Shown here: piece by piece, positions 37,927 to 51,700 of the stretch
Position numbering within the stretch: position 1 is the first letter of the stretch
Layout: each line of letters opens with the position of its first letter
Source of the DNA: Phoronis australis
Lineage: Eukaryota; Animalia; Phoronida
Length of the DNA stretch: 64,000 nucleotides
Direction: 5' to 3'
Assembly: GCA_002633005.1 (NCBI GenBank)
Contig: NMRA01000334.1
Location: 338,516-402,515, forward strand
Program-made: the position numbers and the translations under genes
The notes under the pieces: model-generated
Told to the model about the DNA's origin: nothing
What the model saw: the letters and a program-made list of their open reading frames with translations, nothing else
The model's database searches: none

Positions 37927-38198
37927 ATGATGTCAAAACACAATTTCTCGCCCACAATGTAACTTGAAAAGAAAACGCGTTTGTTCTTGCACTTTGATTT
38001 TACCCAATGAAACTACGCCATAGTCATTATTTTATGTCCTTTGAACAAGAAGATTTTCATTCTGACGTTTAAAGCGATGCATTTGAATGATTAGGCGAAT
38101 ACTAACACAAACAGTATACTGGATATCAAATTTAACATTCTCAGCTGTATCCGATACTAAATCTTAGTACGTTACGCAGAGACATACAAATGTACATG

Positions 38199-38338
38199 TA
38201 TATTATCATTATTATTATTATTACTGTTACTGTTATTATTATCATTATCGTTATTATTATTATTACTGTTACTGTTATCATTATCATTATCATTATTGTT
38301 GTTATTTATATCATCACAATCATTGTTATTATTATTAC
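38199..38338. repeat. (ATT/ATC/GTT)n microsatellite
   Basis: attattatt tract with att/atc/gtt variants. Confidence 0.95.
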
Positions 38339-39292
38339 TTAAACCTGGAAATTCCTTTATACAGCGTGAAAAGTCGAGCAAGCAAAATATATTTAGAATT
38401 CCCGAGACTAGCACGCATTATGAATCTGACTTTAACATATACACGCGACTCGTCAGGTGTGTGGAGAATGATCATCAAAATAAATAATTAAACAGTAACC
38501 AAGAATAGTTTTTAAGAATTCGCTTTGCCACTGTGTATTGTGTAATGAGTGTTTCTATATTGCTCAATATTTAACTGCTACATGCAACTAGCAAGTTGCT
38601 AGCGTTGTTATCATTTCCGTTTCTTGGCTGTCAGTTTTACTTATAAAGTTGCGGATTTGGTGTGGTATCTAGAGTTAGCCTAGAGAAGATAACAGGTTTG
38701 TCATGCTGTTATCATAATTAGATTGGATAGTCTTGGCGCAATCATAAGTACTTAAAAATAATTTTCTCATTTGAATCCAGTGCTTGGTGCCGGTACAGAC
38801 CATGCCTTGCTCAACTTTCGGTGTTGAAAGCGTCGCCGTTTTGCACAGACGAGTTTCTACTTAATTACAATGTATTACACAAATTCCCCTGGAGATCAGA
38901 ACGAGGTTTATTTCTCCCGTCGGTTTGTCTGTAAGCTATCGTACCATGTAGCACTGGTTGTGACACCGGTGAAACAGAATTATTTAAACTTCATCACGTA
39001 ACCAGACGGTTACACGGTGGCTTCTTCACAAGATTGCTCTAATTATTTTCTAATCAACGACTAAATTGCATCTCAATTAAGATAGGAAAAGCGGTGTTTT
39101 AATAACGCGAGCATTCACCTCTGCAAAATTATACATCGGATGCAAACGCCAAGTAATGTTCATTACGACACAATGAAAATGCGATAAAATTGGCGTTGGT
39201 GATTACGAATGAAACGCGATTTTTATAATTACCGATTCTTTTGAAGAGTATGTAATTTGACTTAACCGGACCTACTAATTTTGCAAATTGTG

Positions 39293-39314
39293 CACGTGAC
39301 GTCATATATAAAAA
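39293..39314 (+). promoter_or_regulatory. Overlapping E-box, CRE and TATA-like composite
   Basis: CACGTGACGTCATATATAAAAA: CACGTG at 39293, TGACGTCA at 39297, TATATAAA at 39305. Confidence 0.35.
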
Positions 39315-39610
39315 GAGTTGTGGGATGTCAGCACCAGCGGACATGCATTTACTGTTTAAGATCTAAAGAGTGTACGCAGGCCCATTAAAGCATTTCAAAC
39401 AGCGAAAAGTTGTGCCAGTAAGCGAGCTAGATCGATCCATATCACCTGTGGGACACTTCCTGGGTTCTGGACAAGAGAGCTTACCTCTATGACACGTGCA
39501 ATATATTTATATAATAAAGGCGCTTCCACTGATTTATGCTTAGAGTGGATGGAATCTGCTGGAAGTCACGCAAAGTTGTCAATCTCACCCGACGATAACT
39601 AGCTACTTAA

Positions 39611-39980
39611 AGGCGAAGGCAACATTTTTTCATGTCATTTTTAGCAAAAATAGGGTTCGTTGATTATCCTATACATATTTTTTTACTTATTTACAGCTTT
39701 TCGTAATTTAATTAATTACTCGTCGTCTACTCCGGAAGTTACGTTTTGGGAGGCAAGAATTTCGCAATGACTGACAATGACTGACTTGACTGCTCTCACA
39801 GTCAGACTGTATGAAAAGAAATTGACGCGAAATTCTTGCCTCCCAAAACGTCACTTCCGGAGTAGAGGACGAGAAATTAATTAAATTACGAAAAACTATA
39901 ATTAAGTGAAAAATATGTCTGGGATAATCAACAGACCTTGTTTTCGCTAAAAGTGACATGAAAAAAGATTGTCTTCGCCT
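39611..39980. mobile_element. 370-bp palindromic MITE with TTAA TSD (Kolobok-type)
   Basis: TTAA-AGGCGAAGGCAA...TTGTCTTCGCCT-TTAA; arms complementary up to the centre at ~39790. Confidence 0.92.
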
Positions 39981-40530
39981 TTAAGGCGACACACAACAGT
40001 TTTTGTTGATGCTAAAAAGACAAAAATTTTGAAAGCTCCAAGAGTCTGTTCCGCAGGGTGTACAAAACCCAAAGACTTGAGAAACTTTGCATACAGTCTA
40101 TTGAACTTATCTCAACACTGAAGTCAAATTTTCTACCTTTTATGACTACCGTTAGTTCAGCTGGCTACTTAAATCGAACAAGTGACCAAATCATCAGTTT
40201 CATCCTAAATCTACCATTTGCAGGCGATTACTACGAAGCGAGAGGCAACGATTTCAGACTGCCAAAACCCTAGATTACAGAAACAAGTGAAAAGTGGGTT
40301 GCCACAAGCCAGATTTTTTACAAACACAAAGTGTCTGAAGGCTACCTGAATTTCGAGCTGAATTTGAAATTTTCCTCTTGCGAACACCGAAGTTTTAGAA
40401 GAGCCACAACTGGGCACAAATGAGTCAAGGGGTCAACAACTGGCATTGTTTCACTCAGAACAGACACAAAAATCAAGCGTCATTCGCAGCACTCACGTGC
40501 AGCGCAAAACTCAAAATGTCCAGCTAATCC

Positions 40531-40663
40531 AGCCTCACTAAAAGGCAAAGACTTCGAGGGATTGCGTGAGATATTACCGTGTATTTTAAATGAGAGCACG
40601 TGACTTTGGTTAGATTTTAGCTAGGTCCTAGGGTAGATCCTAGCGTTATTGAAAGCACGCCAG
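40531..40663 (-). mobile_element. MITE family A, copy 5 (decayed, truncated)
   Basis: gtgagatatt.ccgtgtattttaaatgagagcacgtgactttg...ctaggtcctag. Confidence 0.8.
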
Positions 40664-42621
40664 CATTCTTCATTCAACCTTGATTCAAAAACTAGCGCAC
40701 TATAACGTCGGTTTTCGTTGGGTACCAGCTGGCAATTATTAACCAGGAAGTTGGCACGCACATACTTTACAATATACAAACATCTGGCAAACCGAAAGTC
40801 GAATCCCTTTTATGAGATAACTTTTTAAATTACGAAATTATCAACAAATTACGCTGCAACCGATTCGATAAAAATAAACACGACTTAACTGTTGCTGGTT
40901 TAGACAGATATGGTCAAATGAAATCACTCGCCGAAAATCGAATCTACACATTAGACAGTAATGGCATAGCTAAAGTTATAGATATCAGCAATAGTTGCTA
41001 ATTGTCTCAAAGCTCAAACTCTCACCCTGTTCATGTAACAGCAGTTGTTATCCTTGACAGATGCACATCAGTGTGTTACACACTCAGACTGCACCTTTAC
41101 ATGTACTGCTTAACTAAATCAGAATTCGTAGCTTTTCCTTCAGGTTTTATTAGAATACAGATCCTTGGTGCGAGTGAAAGATCAAAATAATCAATAATGG
41201 AAATCATTGTGGTTTGTTCATCATAATATTAAGAACTTCCCGCTGCGGCACCGTTCGAATTGATGAAGAATGGCAACGTGACGGTTATAGGGCCCTAAGC
41301 TATCAGAAGATTGCAAGGCATTTCTAATTTGAGCTGCCCCAATTTCTATCCCTACCCTGGTGTACACGGTATTTATTCCTCAGGGGCATCACAATTTTCA
41401 ACCCTCCTGCGGGTCGCCACAAAACGGGGACCCTGATATATTAGGAAGAGCTTGTGTATTTTTATAGCTTCAAGTTTCCCCTTGCAAGTGAATGTAACCT
41501 GCCATTGTGCAGAATTTGTAAAACGGCAAGTCATGCGACTTTCCAAGTGGAGAATGGGTGACTGAAGTTTGTGAGTGGACCAAAAACACTCACCTTCAAG
41601 AGCACCCGGAAAATCTCGAATAGTTTCGTAGCCTAATATTTCCGAAAAGAGAAGAACGCTACATGTACGTGGGCTGGTACAAAGACCATTTAGCCTATTT
41701 CTCAAAACTGAAAGTCACTTGATTTGACATATGTTACATACATGTAAGTCCGTACAAAAGCACAGACAATGTTCACCTTCTAGGGGAAATCTGAAGCAAA
41801 TTACGGTTAACCGTTCGTAGTGATTCATTACGCTTAAAAAAGTGCCGAGAGGTCCCATGTTGTCAAAACAGAGTGTATAGCTTACCGAAGTTTCAAAAGA
41901 TTAATATACTTTGACAGAAAGTCTCGGATGCAAACCCAGGGGAGACAGAAATCTTTTCAAACTTAACCGTTAGGTCACGTGATGTGACCAGCATATGGCG
42001 TGTATGAAGACTAATAAGTATTACACATACCCCACTGAACGCACTGATTGATAACAACATAACAATTGTATGCATGTTTATGCATTTTAAAGTTCCACCA
42101 AGATTTCTTCTATTAACTCTGTTTGGATTTCTGTAATCGATCGGTGGTCTCGATAGCTCTGTGTACTAGATCGTCTTCCCGCGGTTAGCATAAAGTCCCA
42201 TTGTGCGTTAGCTGACCGTGTACATGGATATGAAAAATGAAATAATTGATTCGCTGAGCCAACGTTCGGTACAGAGACCTGTACAGATGGTGTATACGGA
42301 ACGTGCCACACTTACGCCAAGACCCTATGGAATAGATTCCATACAAAGTGGTTGGAATTTGGTTTGAATTCTGTAGGTACAACTTTGCAACAAAAAAATA
42401 CTGAAGAGTTTCTAACACTAATGAGACTTGCTGTGTGCAAAGGAATGCACACCGAAGAGCTTTTTATGATTTAATTGACTGTAAGTTTGGACTTCGTATA
42501 ATAATGTTACACTGCACATGTATAGAAGTGGGTGAACTTCTATAATAGGAGGCAAACGAAATGATCCCTTATGTGCTTACTGGCAAAAGGTTGCGTTTCC
42601 ATATGTTGCTGGCTATACATA

Positions 42622-42693
42622 TAGATTATTGCATGGCGAAGTCGTTATCCCCCGTTATCTGGATTTTGGAGAATTGTCGCCCGAGGGGCGTTA
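42622..42693 (+). repeat. Fragment of a repeat shared with 52932-53074
   Basis: agattatt.cat.gcgaagtcgttat...tggattttg.agaatt.tcgccc.aggggcgtta occurs at both sites. Confidence 0.7.
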
Positions 42694-45013
42694 TGGGTTA
42701 TTACACGGTTGTATCTGCCACTTGACGCTAATATTGTGGTATAAAAAAGGGTACGGGTGGTCGGTATCCCAAGTTCACTGTGACACAGGCTGTCAAAATA
42801 TATGAGCCAAATACCTCGTCCTGCTCTAGTTTTTTGGCATCTTGCTACAGACTAGTTTAGATTCACTTCATGGCGTGTGTACACAAGTATAGTGTGAGAG
42901 AGATATTTTGAAAAGATCGAGATTAGCTCCATTGGCCGTGATTAATTCAGTTACGCATGTTTTGCTACTCAGTACCACTGGTTACACTGTACTATTGACG
43001 TTTTTTAAGTCTAATCATCTTCTTCAAAATATTTTGACAAAATCGAAAAGCCACCACAATGTACATTGTATCGCAGTATACAATAAAAACGATCTGGAAA
43101 TGTTCAATATTTGTTGCTGGTAGTGCATTCTTAGACTCTTTTGCTCTGAAAAACGGGAGCTTGGTGAAAACAGAGCGATTTATAAATAGCTGTAAAGCCA
43201 GTGATATTCTTTCACTGTAGGTCGCCATGTTGGTGAACTAGCTTGACCTATAACAGAACTAGCCAATAAAATGCTTTGCTTCTTAAAACTGGCACGGCCT
43301 ATAAATTTTCAGTCATATGGGAAAATGTACTGTGGTAAACCCCACTCAAGCTAGAGCGTCTCTGCTAGAGAAAAGGCAGCTAGCTTACAGTTAGCTGCTA
43401 CTTGAGTGACAACATGACGCCAATCGAATGTCAGGCAACCGTCAATCACAAGTTACCTTGATTGGCGAGAGCAGTGGCGAAATCAAGGATCTCGCGTGAC
43501 CAACCACAGATTCCATCCACGCTGGATGGAAGGCAGCGAAAGTCCAGAGAGTATATGAGAGGTATGCTCTAAAAAGATGAAGATAATCTATCGTGATTAT
43601 GGCTTGGTCTACACCAGTCCATGATTTTGTCCATCATACAGAATATTTAGTTAGGTGGAGTAACCAAACCAATCCACGTTTGTTTCCCGACGACAGTGTA
43701 ACACCTATTCCAATTAGTAGATTTCAAATGCATCAATAAGATCGCTAAAAGTTAGTTATTATCATAACACAATTTTTTTCTTTGTGACGACTTCGTGTGC
43801 CTAACTCTGAACGAGTTCAAAGTGGCGATCATTTTAGTAAAAATCCATTAATTTACAAAATCAGTTACGTTTTCAAAAAAATCCTCTGCAAGTAAGAAAT
43901 TCGTACCAATTCTTATTGTCAGTTAGCCCCCTACAAGTCAAAAAAATCTTGTTGGACATGCATAGCGCGTGCGCACTAACGTGGTAAGGAACTCAATTGG
44001 TACCCGACAATAAAAGAAATGCAGATTTCTCTTAAAATAGCCAGTGAATGGTGAAAACAAGGCTTGGTAATACATTTATGCCATTACTGCGTGAATGCTG
44101 GGGAGTTGTTTCGACACAGAAATGCTCCGATTATTCATGAAGTTATATTTCGTCCATCGGCTATCGGATTCGTTGGTCAACCGATGCCAGGATGATTGAT
44201 AATAGCATTAATTTGCCATTTTCATGACAATAAGGCTTTAATTGGAATAATTCAGACTTGTTTTTCTTTGTATCGAGGGTTAATTAACATTATAAATACT
44301 GACCCTGGGGTGGACTTCGTAAAAACGTGACCGATTTTTACAAAGACATCGGCATCTTTAATTGCTATCTAAAATTGAGCATACACGTGCAGGTGGTTTT
44401 CTGAAAGAAAAAAAGAGTTTGTGAAAATCATGATTATGTTGGAAAGGCATCATTGCATGTACTGTAGCCTTTTGACAATCCACCGATTCTGGTCGATATC
44501 TTTCGAAAACTATTGGTTTTGACATACGCCACTGCACCGTCTGCGTACCTTGAAAACGCAAGTGGAGAATTTGTTTACCCAACGAAATTATTTTTTAAAG
44601 ACAGTGGAAAATCGTGAACTCGTGTAATGTTTGAAACACATTCTGCTCTCTATGAAGCTCACGTTTCTGAATCCGGTGCAAGTACATCCTTCCCCAACCA
44701 CACATTGCGCACCAATTTCTTTTGATGCGCCACATAACGTTTTATCCTCACATGACCTGGAATGTGTTACGACACCACTGGTTAAATAACACCGAATACT
44801 TATTTTTGTATTACATGGGCGAATTACAAGGTAGTACAAAGTAGAAATTCATACGTCCTACATTTTATCGTCTGCAAAACAATGAAACAACCAAACGCGC
44901 GCCGGAATTTCGTGAAGATGACTAGGTTATGATTGACAAATTGGATGTCGCAACTACGTAATCCTAGTCGAAAGCAAACAACTTTTTAAACGGACCCATC
45001 TTTGGCGGCGAAT

Positions 45014-46317
45014 AGCTCATTTGCGAGTTTCTCGTTAGTCAATGTGACGTCACCGGAAAAGGGGCAAAACCCGCCATATTGCTCTTGTTTAGCCCCGAGT
45101 CTTTGCTACACACGCTAAATTTTTCTGGAGTTCTTATGGTGAATTTTACGCTTAAAACGTAAACACAACTTAAAAGATGGTAGATGGATCGTGGAATAAC
45201 TGTGAATGGACGCTGAAAATGTGAACTTGTTATGTTGTGCGAAGCTGTGAACGGACTGCGGTAACTCAACCCGGCGTGCGTTCAGTAGACGCTAGGACCT
45301 ACGCTAGTACCTAGCTAAAACCTAGTCAAAGTCACGTGTTCTCATTCGAAATACACGGCAATATCTCACGTAATCTCGCGAAGTCTTGCCTTTTAGCGAG
45401 GTCCTAGCGTTACTGAACGGGAGGCAGGCTAGGCCTGAATGCCGCACTGCAGGCATATAGGGGCGATAGTTTATCCCCATAAAAAGTTACTCACTTCAAA
45501 ATACAGGAAATAAAATCAAATGAAACATGCATATGTGCACATGGAGTTATAACTAATTAACACATACCCTGACTCTGGATACAATTTAGTCTACAAATAA
45601 CTTGAATCTATCCATGAAAACCTCGCGGTTCCCTCAAGTTTCTCTCACAGGAAGCCATCTTGAGGAAGTTACGTGAAATCACGAACAATAAGACCAAGGA
45701 ACACAAATCTTACAAATTCACTTGATATGTTCTCATGTTATTTTGCAAGTGTCACGCGCCACGTCTCGAGTTTCACTCAGTCTCGCGCTAGCCTTTGCCT
45801 CATACTCACGTGACCAGTTGAACTACTTTGTGGTTATCGCGCGCGCGGTTTAAGTTAACAGTAACCACAATGTGGAGTTGGAATTCTTCGACAAAGTCAC
45901 CTGAATTCCCATAGCTATGCTTCACCAAAGATATGTTTAGAAGCAGAAAGGACCACTGGAGAAAATAAGCGCCTTTTTAGGTGATAATTTTAGATATAGA
46001 ATGTATTTTTGACGTGGTGAAAACTTAATCAGTGAGCGGATTTCGCCTATCGCCCGCTTAAAATACACGAAACAAAATTAGTACAAAACGCGATAGAACG
46101 TATTGTAGTGCGAATCTGAATTTCATTTGCCACAACAGCAATACTTGTTTGGCATTTTTCGAACTAAACGGCCAAAAAGTGGAAGAAAATAACAGAATAC
46201 ACTGTGCTAACGTATTGGGCAAATGAGCCAAACGACAAGCTTTTGCCCCACTTCCCGTGACGTCACAATTAAATCTCACGTAATCTCGCGTTATTGTTAT
46301 AAACTCGCAAAAGGACT
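45014..46317. mobile_element. Non-autonomous TIR element with 2-bp AT duplication (ISL2EU/Harbinger-like)
   Basis: TIR AGCTCATTTGCGAGTTT / AAACTCGCAAAAGGACT; inner inverted motif TGTGACGTCAC.GGAA..GGGGCAAAA. The empty site (ggagAATtcc) in the sister copy implies an AT duplication at 45012-45013 and 46318-46319. Confidence 0.8.
45272..45431 (+). mobile_element. MITE family A, copy 6 (nested)
   Basis: Near-identical to 2003-2159. Confidence 0.92.
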
Positions 46318-47431
46318 ATTCCATATCCACGTTCATTCAAACGGAGACGAGCCCCAACTCAAGAAACGCAGCGAGACTGAATAGTTGTACTATCTCTAGT
46401 TCAATTCAGTGCTCACGCGGGGAAGCCTTGCCGACTGTTATTTATAAACATATTTTAAGTTTTAATATTACAACTTCAAAGACTATTTAACAGATTCTAA
46501 CATGAATATTTGGTACGAAAGCTGAATGCAATTTGCAATTGTTAAGCTTAAAATAAAACGCTAAACAAAAAGTAACTGAATTACATGTACTTTACATTGA
46601 GCGAGCGTGTTTTTACAAAAGTTGCACCATGTGGTTGAAAGCTTTAGACACGTCGAGTTTTTCAGCAAAAGGATCGCTTTTAAGGTTCACGTGAGAAAAC
46701 AAATCATTTTAATTAACACTCCTCTTAGGTTCATGACATGGGCAAAACGTCTTGGAAATTTCGTCAAAATCCCTCGGCATGACGAAATTTCCAATTGTTT
46801 TGCCCATGTCATAAACCTGTGACGAGTGTAGTATTCTCTATACCATACACTAGGCGTCTAGCACACGCTACATGTACGTGCACGTTTTAAATGACTGCGG
46901 TGTCCGAGCAGATCGAGCCTATGGTCTTACAGTGTAAGTGTAGGTAACTGTTACCTAACACCCGTCCGGTAGACCTATCGGACTTACAGGCTTGTAATGG
47001 TATTCATATACACTGTACATTCCAAGCGGATAATCCGTTACCATTGGGTCACAATACAGGCAAACCCGCATGTTTTGTCACGAGACTGAAGAATGGAAAT
47101 AAATACAGATGTAACAGTGGGTGTGTCGTTAAAGTCACAGAGCAAGTTTTCAATGACAGAGAATCAACGCAGCAACATGTAACTTCTTTCTTTAATGCAA
47201 ATGCTACAATACTATGAACAAACTAAATTTACAATCATACACAGTGATACAACAGGGTAAATTGTTGAGCTGAACATGGAGCACAAGCATCACTCTTACG
47301 CTCGCCCGTTCCACTGTCCATCTCAACCTTTGGACTGGTAAAGTCGGCAAAAGCAATATGTCCACTGACGTAATCGACTGTGATCAACCCCTGATATATT
47401 CCAGCACATTATATCCTGTCCCGTGACGCTA

Positions 47432-47509
47432 CATGGGCGGCGCATCATAAGGGACTGGAAGGGGGGGGGGGCTATAGCTTCCACTTATTTCAGTGCTGCG
47501 CCGCCCATA
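47432..47509. mobile_element. Tiny CATGGGCGGCGCA-TIR element
   Basis: CATGGGCGGCGCA / TGCGCCGCCCATa; same family as 48609-48755. Confidence 0.7.
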
Positions 47510-48608
47510 TCCTAGTTCCTTTTTTGCTCCCTGACATACAACAGCTCATGAGGCTGATCGACGAGTTTGTCGTATAACAGGAGTTAGCGTCATTGACATG
47601 GAAAAATGTGCTATTGGTGTGTGTTGTGCAAGTTAAGACTGTGTGTGCCAGAGGTAAAGTGAGCCTTGGCGCTAGCACGGTATCATATGTGCGTGCGTAA
47701 GAGGAAAATACGGTTCGCAAGATTTGAGTGCGCAAGCCCGACGTGCACGCAGGCAGGCCAACGTGGGTTTCACCACTTCACATAGCTGAAACACGATCTG
47801 ACGTGTTGTTTAGGCCTACTAACTATGGATTATAAAAGCAGACGGTGATTCATACCTGAACTTACACTAAAGCAAGAAACAAATTTCGGAAAAACAATTG
47901 ATAAAATATTATTCTCCATTAAAACATATTTTTCTTAATGTATATAAGGCTGTAAATTCAGTGAATGGCTTAAATTATGTCTAAATCAGTCCCAATTGCT
48001 ATGGGCAATGGAATTCTAGCTGCAGGCCCATGCCCAGCGTGACTGCCAATGCGGCCTAAATCTGTAATAATAGAGGTCTTCCGTGTACATGCACCTCAGT
48101 CTTTTCCAGTCGTTTTTTGTACCCTTTCGATGGTTCTGAATTGTAAAACTTAAAAAGAACTCTTCTCGTACGCGTTTATTGCTTCGTGCAGCATTTCATC
48201 TGACGTGAACTTCGCATTTACGACACCCTAAGCATGGAGACATTTTTAAATGCATTGGCAACTATTCGTCGAATTCCGATAACCAAAATGATAACGTACA
48301 TGTAGACGGTCGTTACGGTGTGGCCCCTGGTGTGCGATGTCAAAACCATCGCGGTACGACTAACTGAATGATATTCTGAGTTAGCTTTCCGGTACCGGAG
48401 TGCTAGACTCTTCGTGAAATAATTAAATATCAAAAAATATGTAATTTGGTTCAAAGTTTTATGCACATAATCTTTAAAAAGAAATAAATCGCGGAATGGC
48501 GTATAAAATAAACATGTTCATGCACTAAAACTTAGAATTATATATGTATTTTCCTGCTCTTTTTAAATCCTGGCAGAAATAGCACGTTCGTTTTCTTTCC
48601 AACTTATT

Positions 48609-48755
48609 CATGGGCGGTGCACCATATGGAGCTGGGGGGCTATAGCCCCCACCTTTCTCAATGCTGCGCCACCCATGGGCTATGTGCGGTGCACCACAGG
48701 GAGGCTGGGGAGCTAAAGCCCACCTCCCACTTTTTTCAGGGCTGCGCCGCCCATG
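48609..48755. mobile_element. 147-bp hAT5-like MITE with perfect 5-bp TSD and internal dimer structure
   Basis: TTATT-CATGGGCGGTGCA...TGCGCCGCCCATG-TTATT; internally two ~70-bp units in tandem. Confidence 0.88.
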
Positions 48756-51700
48756 TTATTTACAACACGCATAGCCTGCTAAACATCCCTGACAACCCGC
48801 CAATCAACTGGCGTCTATTTGTTCGCTAATTGAAAAGCAAAATGTCGTTAACAATTTCGTTTACCACAATGACGAGGTAAATGACCACTTGATGGTGCGA
48901 CTCTTTTATTCTCAGAACTGCATGACTCTACTTGCAGTACCGGCTGAAATTGGTTGGTTGACTGGATCGATACATTTTAATGATCTTTAAAAAGATCATT
49001 ATATTTGATCTATTAAGTAGCATTTAATCACGCAACTGCTCGAAATTGTTGACGCTTGATTGGGCTTGTAACACGATAAGTCCAATTTGATTTTCTTGGT
49101 TAGAGATTGACTAATGCTATAGTATTAAACGCTGCAATTTGTCTTAATGAATAACAACTTTGAGCTCAATGGTCTTGGACTTCAATGAAAGACCATCAAG
49201 GATGACGACATTACAGCCAAATGTTTGGAATCTTGCTATCGTCACTTAAAAATGTGTGTTATATTTCTGGTAGCCACAAAGGCTGCTTGCAAGCCTAATC
49301 GTGAAACCGTCAAATTGCTGAGTGGAAATCAATACTCATTGTCACGGTGCTCTTACGAAGTAGAGGTCCTAAACATTTCAGTGCACAGTACCTTATAGAA
49401 TGTTAAACGTTTTCTCCTCTACGTGTATCTGCAACAGAAGTTATGAGACGATAATAACTTTTGTAGTGATAATAAATTAAAAATACGCTTTTCATAATAA
49501 AATAAGAGTGTTGGCGCCAAAGTATTCACAGAAACCTGCATTAATATTATTGAAAGTGAAAATGAGTTATCATCGCACGCTACCCCCTCCCCCACATTTT
49601 GATGTACCCATAGTTCCTTACGTACAAACACGGCTCACGTATCTGTGGACTCTGTTCGTTGACTCAAAACTTATGCCTACATTCACACATCACGGTCTAC
49701 AAACGGTTACGGATCCACGTCTACTAAGGAACAGAGCTCACGGACTTCAAACACCGTCATGGTAGGCTACCCAGTACACGCTTATGCGAGGCATTTGGTC
49801 ACTTACATGTAGCTGCTAACCCGCTTCTTTCGTAAGGTGGCGTGAATTTGTGCACTCAGTGGTATGGGAATTAAAAAAATCGAACAGCCAGACTCAACAA
49901 AAGGAGCAAACATGACTTATGTTTATTCACACTTAGTTTGAAAAGTAGAACCCAAAACTGAGATCAGACTGAAACAAAATAGGTCACATGAGTTCAGTGA
50001 AATTCCTGGGTTGTTTTTTTTTGTTTACTATGAACATTTTGTGGGAGGCAACGGCTCCTATCTTTTGAGGAAGGGTGCTCTTGATTCGCACGACTGCAGT
50101 CGGCTGAGGAATTTGATCTGAAATTAATGACATCTTCAACCCACCACCAATTATAAATAATATTTTAATGAGTAATGATTTACATTATACATGAATAAAC
50201 TAGTTCAACTTTTTGACCTCTTAGGCTTATCTCCAATATTTAAATTTTAAATGAGTGATATTCTGATCCTGGCCGCCCGCATACTCCTCGCTTTATGTCT
50301 CTAGTACCATGAAATAAATAAATTGGACGACCTGATTAGAATATTGCAAACACTGTTTTGTCTTAATGAAACCGTAGACTTACAGCTACGCCTGAAGTTT
50401 GCACATGCGCAAACATGATAAGGCATGCAGAACACCTGAGGTAATTTTGTAGACTTAAGTCAGAGGGGAATCAGTCTCCAGTATAAACGTCAGATGACAT
50501 GGTGTTCGCTTGTATTCCACACATGCACAAATATCGTTAGGCTATGAAAATACCCAAGGTGCTCCGACATTGCAAATGCTAAATCGAAAATATCCGAAGA
50601 GATCTTACTATGTCTATAAATGATGGCTAACCCTTTTCCTTTGTGTAAGACGTCACTCGCTATCCGCGAAAAACTCAAATGAATGATTTCTACCGACGTT
50701 TTATTTTGGTAATCGACACAGAAACAATCACCTTGTGTAATTCATTGTGTTCATATCAGCTAGGTGACTTCTCGTCAAGTGCTTGGGTGTTGCAAGTGCT
50801 TGGAAAGTGGACCAACAAGCTAACCGTGTTTACATTTGTGAGTAATTAAAACGATGCAGGAGACTTATTTAAGCACAATGTGCTGCTATTCAAAATTTGA
50901 AAACTCGCTTCTTTCTATGTAGATTTAGCAAACTACTAAAAGTCACACTTACACATTATGGGTGAATAGCTTCACTTATTAGATACCATACACCCCGGCT
51001 GTTTACGCACCGGTAACTGAATGCGGTGAGTAATATGAAAACTGTTTTATTATCTGACTCTTATGAGCCGAAGTCCTTTTCGTCGGGATATCTGATTCCC
51101 CTTAACTACTGTACATGTACATTTTATTGAATGTTTGCATTAAAGACGTGGTCTCAAAAAAACGATTTCCGGTTTCACGTATATTTTTAAATGTACTGTT
51201 TAAAAACAGCGAATCGATATTCCCATTGCAAGGAAAGAAAAGAGCAAGAAAAAGACATAAACAAAACAGGTATTTTCTCTTCATGTTCATTCTTTAGTTG
51301 CACAGCCCGTCATTTCGGTGATAGTCCATGATGTCAACTGCTTTCAGAGAATCAATGAAGTGGTGGCAATGGGATATCCCTTTGATAGCTAACTAAATGA
51401 CTATTACTTTAACTTGGTCTTAATGCAACAAGCAGTAAATGAAATGTAATAACGACAAACAAACAGCTACAGCGATTCTCTGAAAACATCATTCTTTGGA
51501 ATATTGTGATATTATTGCCAGATATTTCGGAATGTATGCTATCCCCATAGTCGCTGGCTCAGTACCCGAGTGTTGTCAAAAATGCTTAGCATCAATGCCA
51601 TGGTTTAGTTATGAGATTAAAATGATATCGAGTCGCCTTAACAAGTTATGCACGCTTGTGGACGCAACAACATTTTGCTTATACACATTTTGGAGCATAC

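Larger units (their letters stand above)
44734..46841 (+). mobile_element. ~820-bp interspersed repeat (family B) split by a 1.3-kb insertion
   Basis: 44734-45013 plus 46318-46841 align colinearly to the reverse complement of 52120-52940; terminal hairpin at 46727-46818. Confidence 0.88.

Noticed and set aside
38172-38487. Poly-Asn and poly-Leu ORFs
   Set aside because: Translations of the (ATT)n microsatellite.
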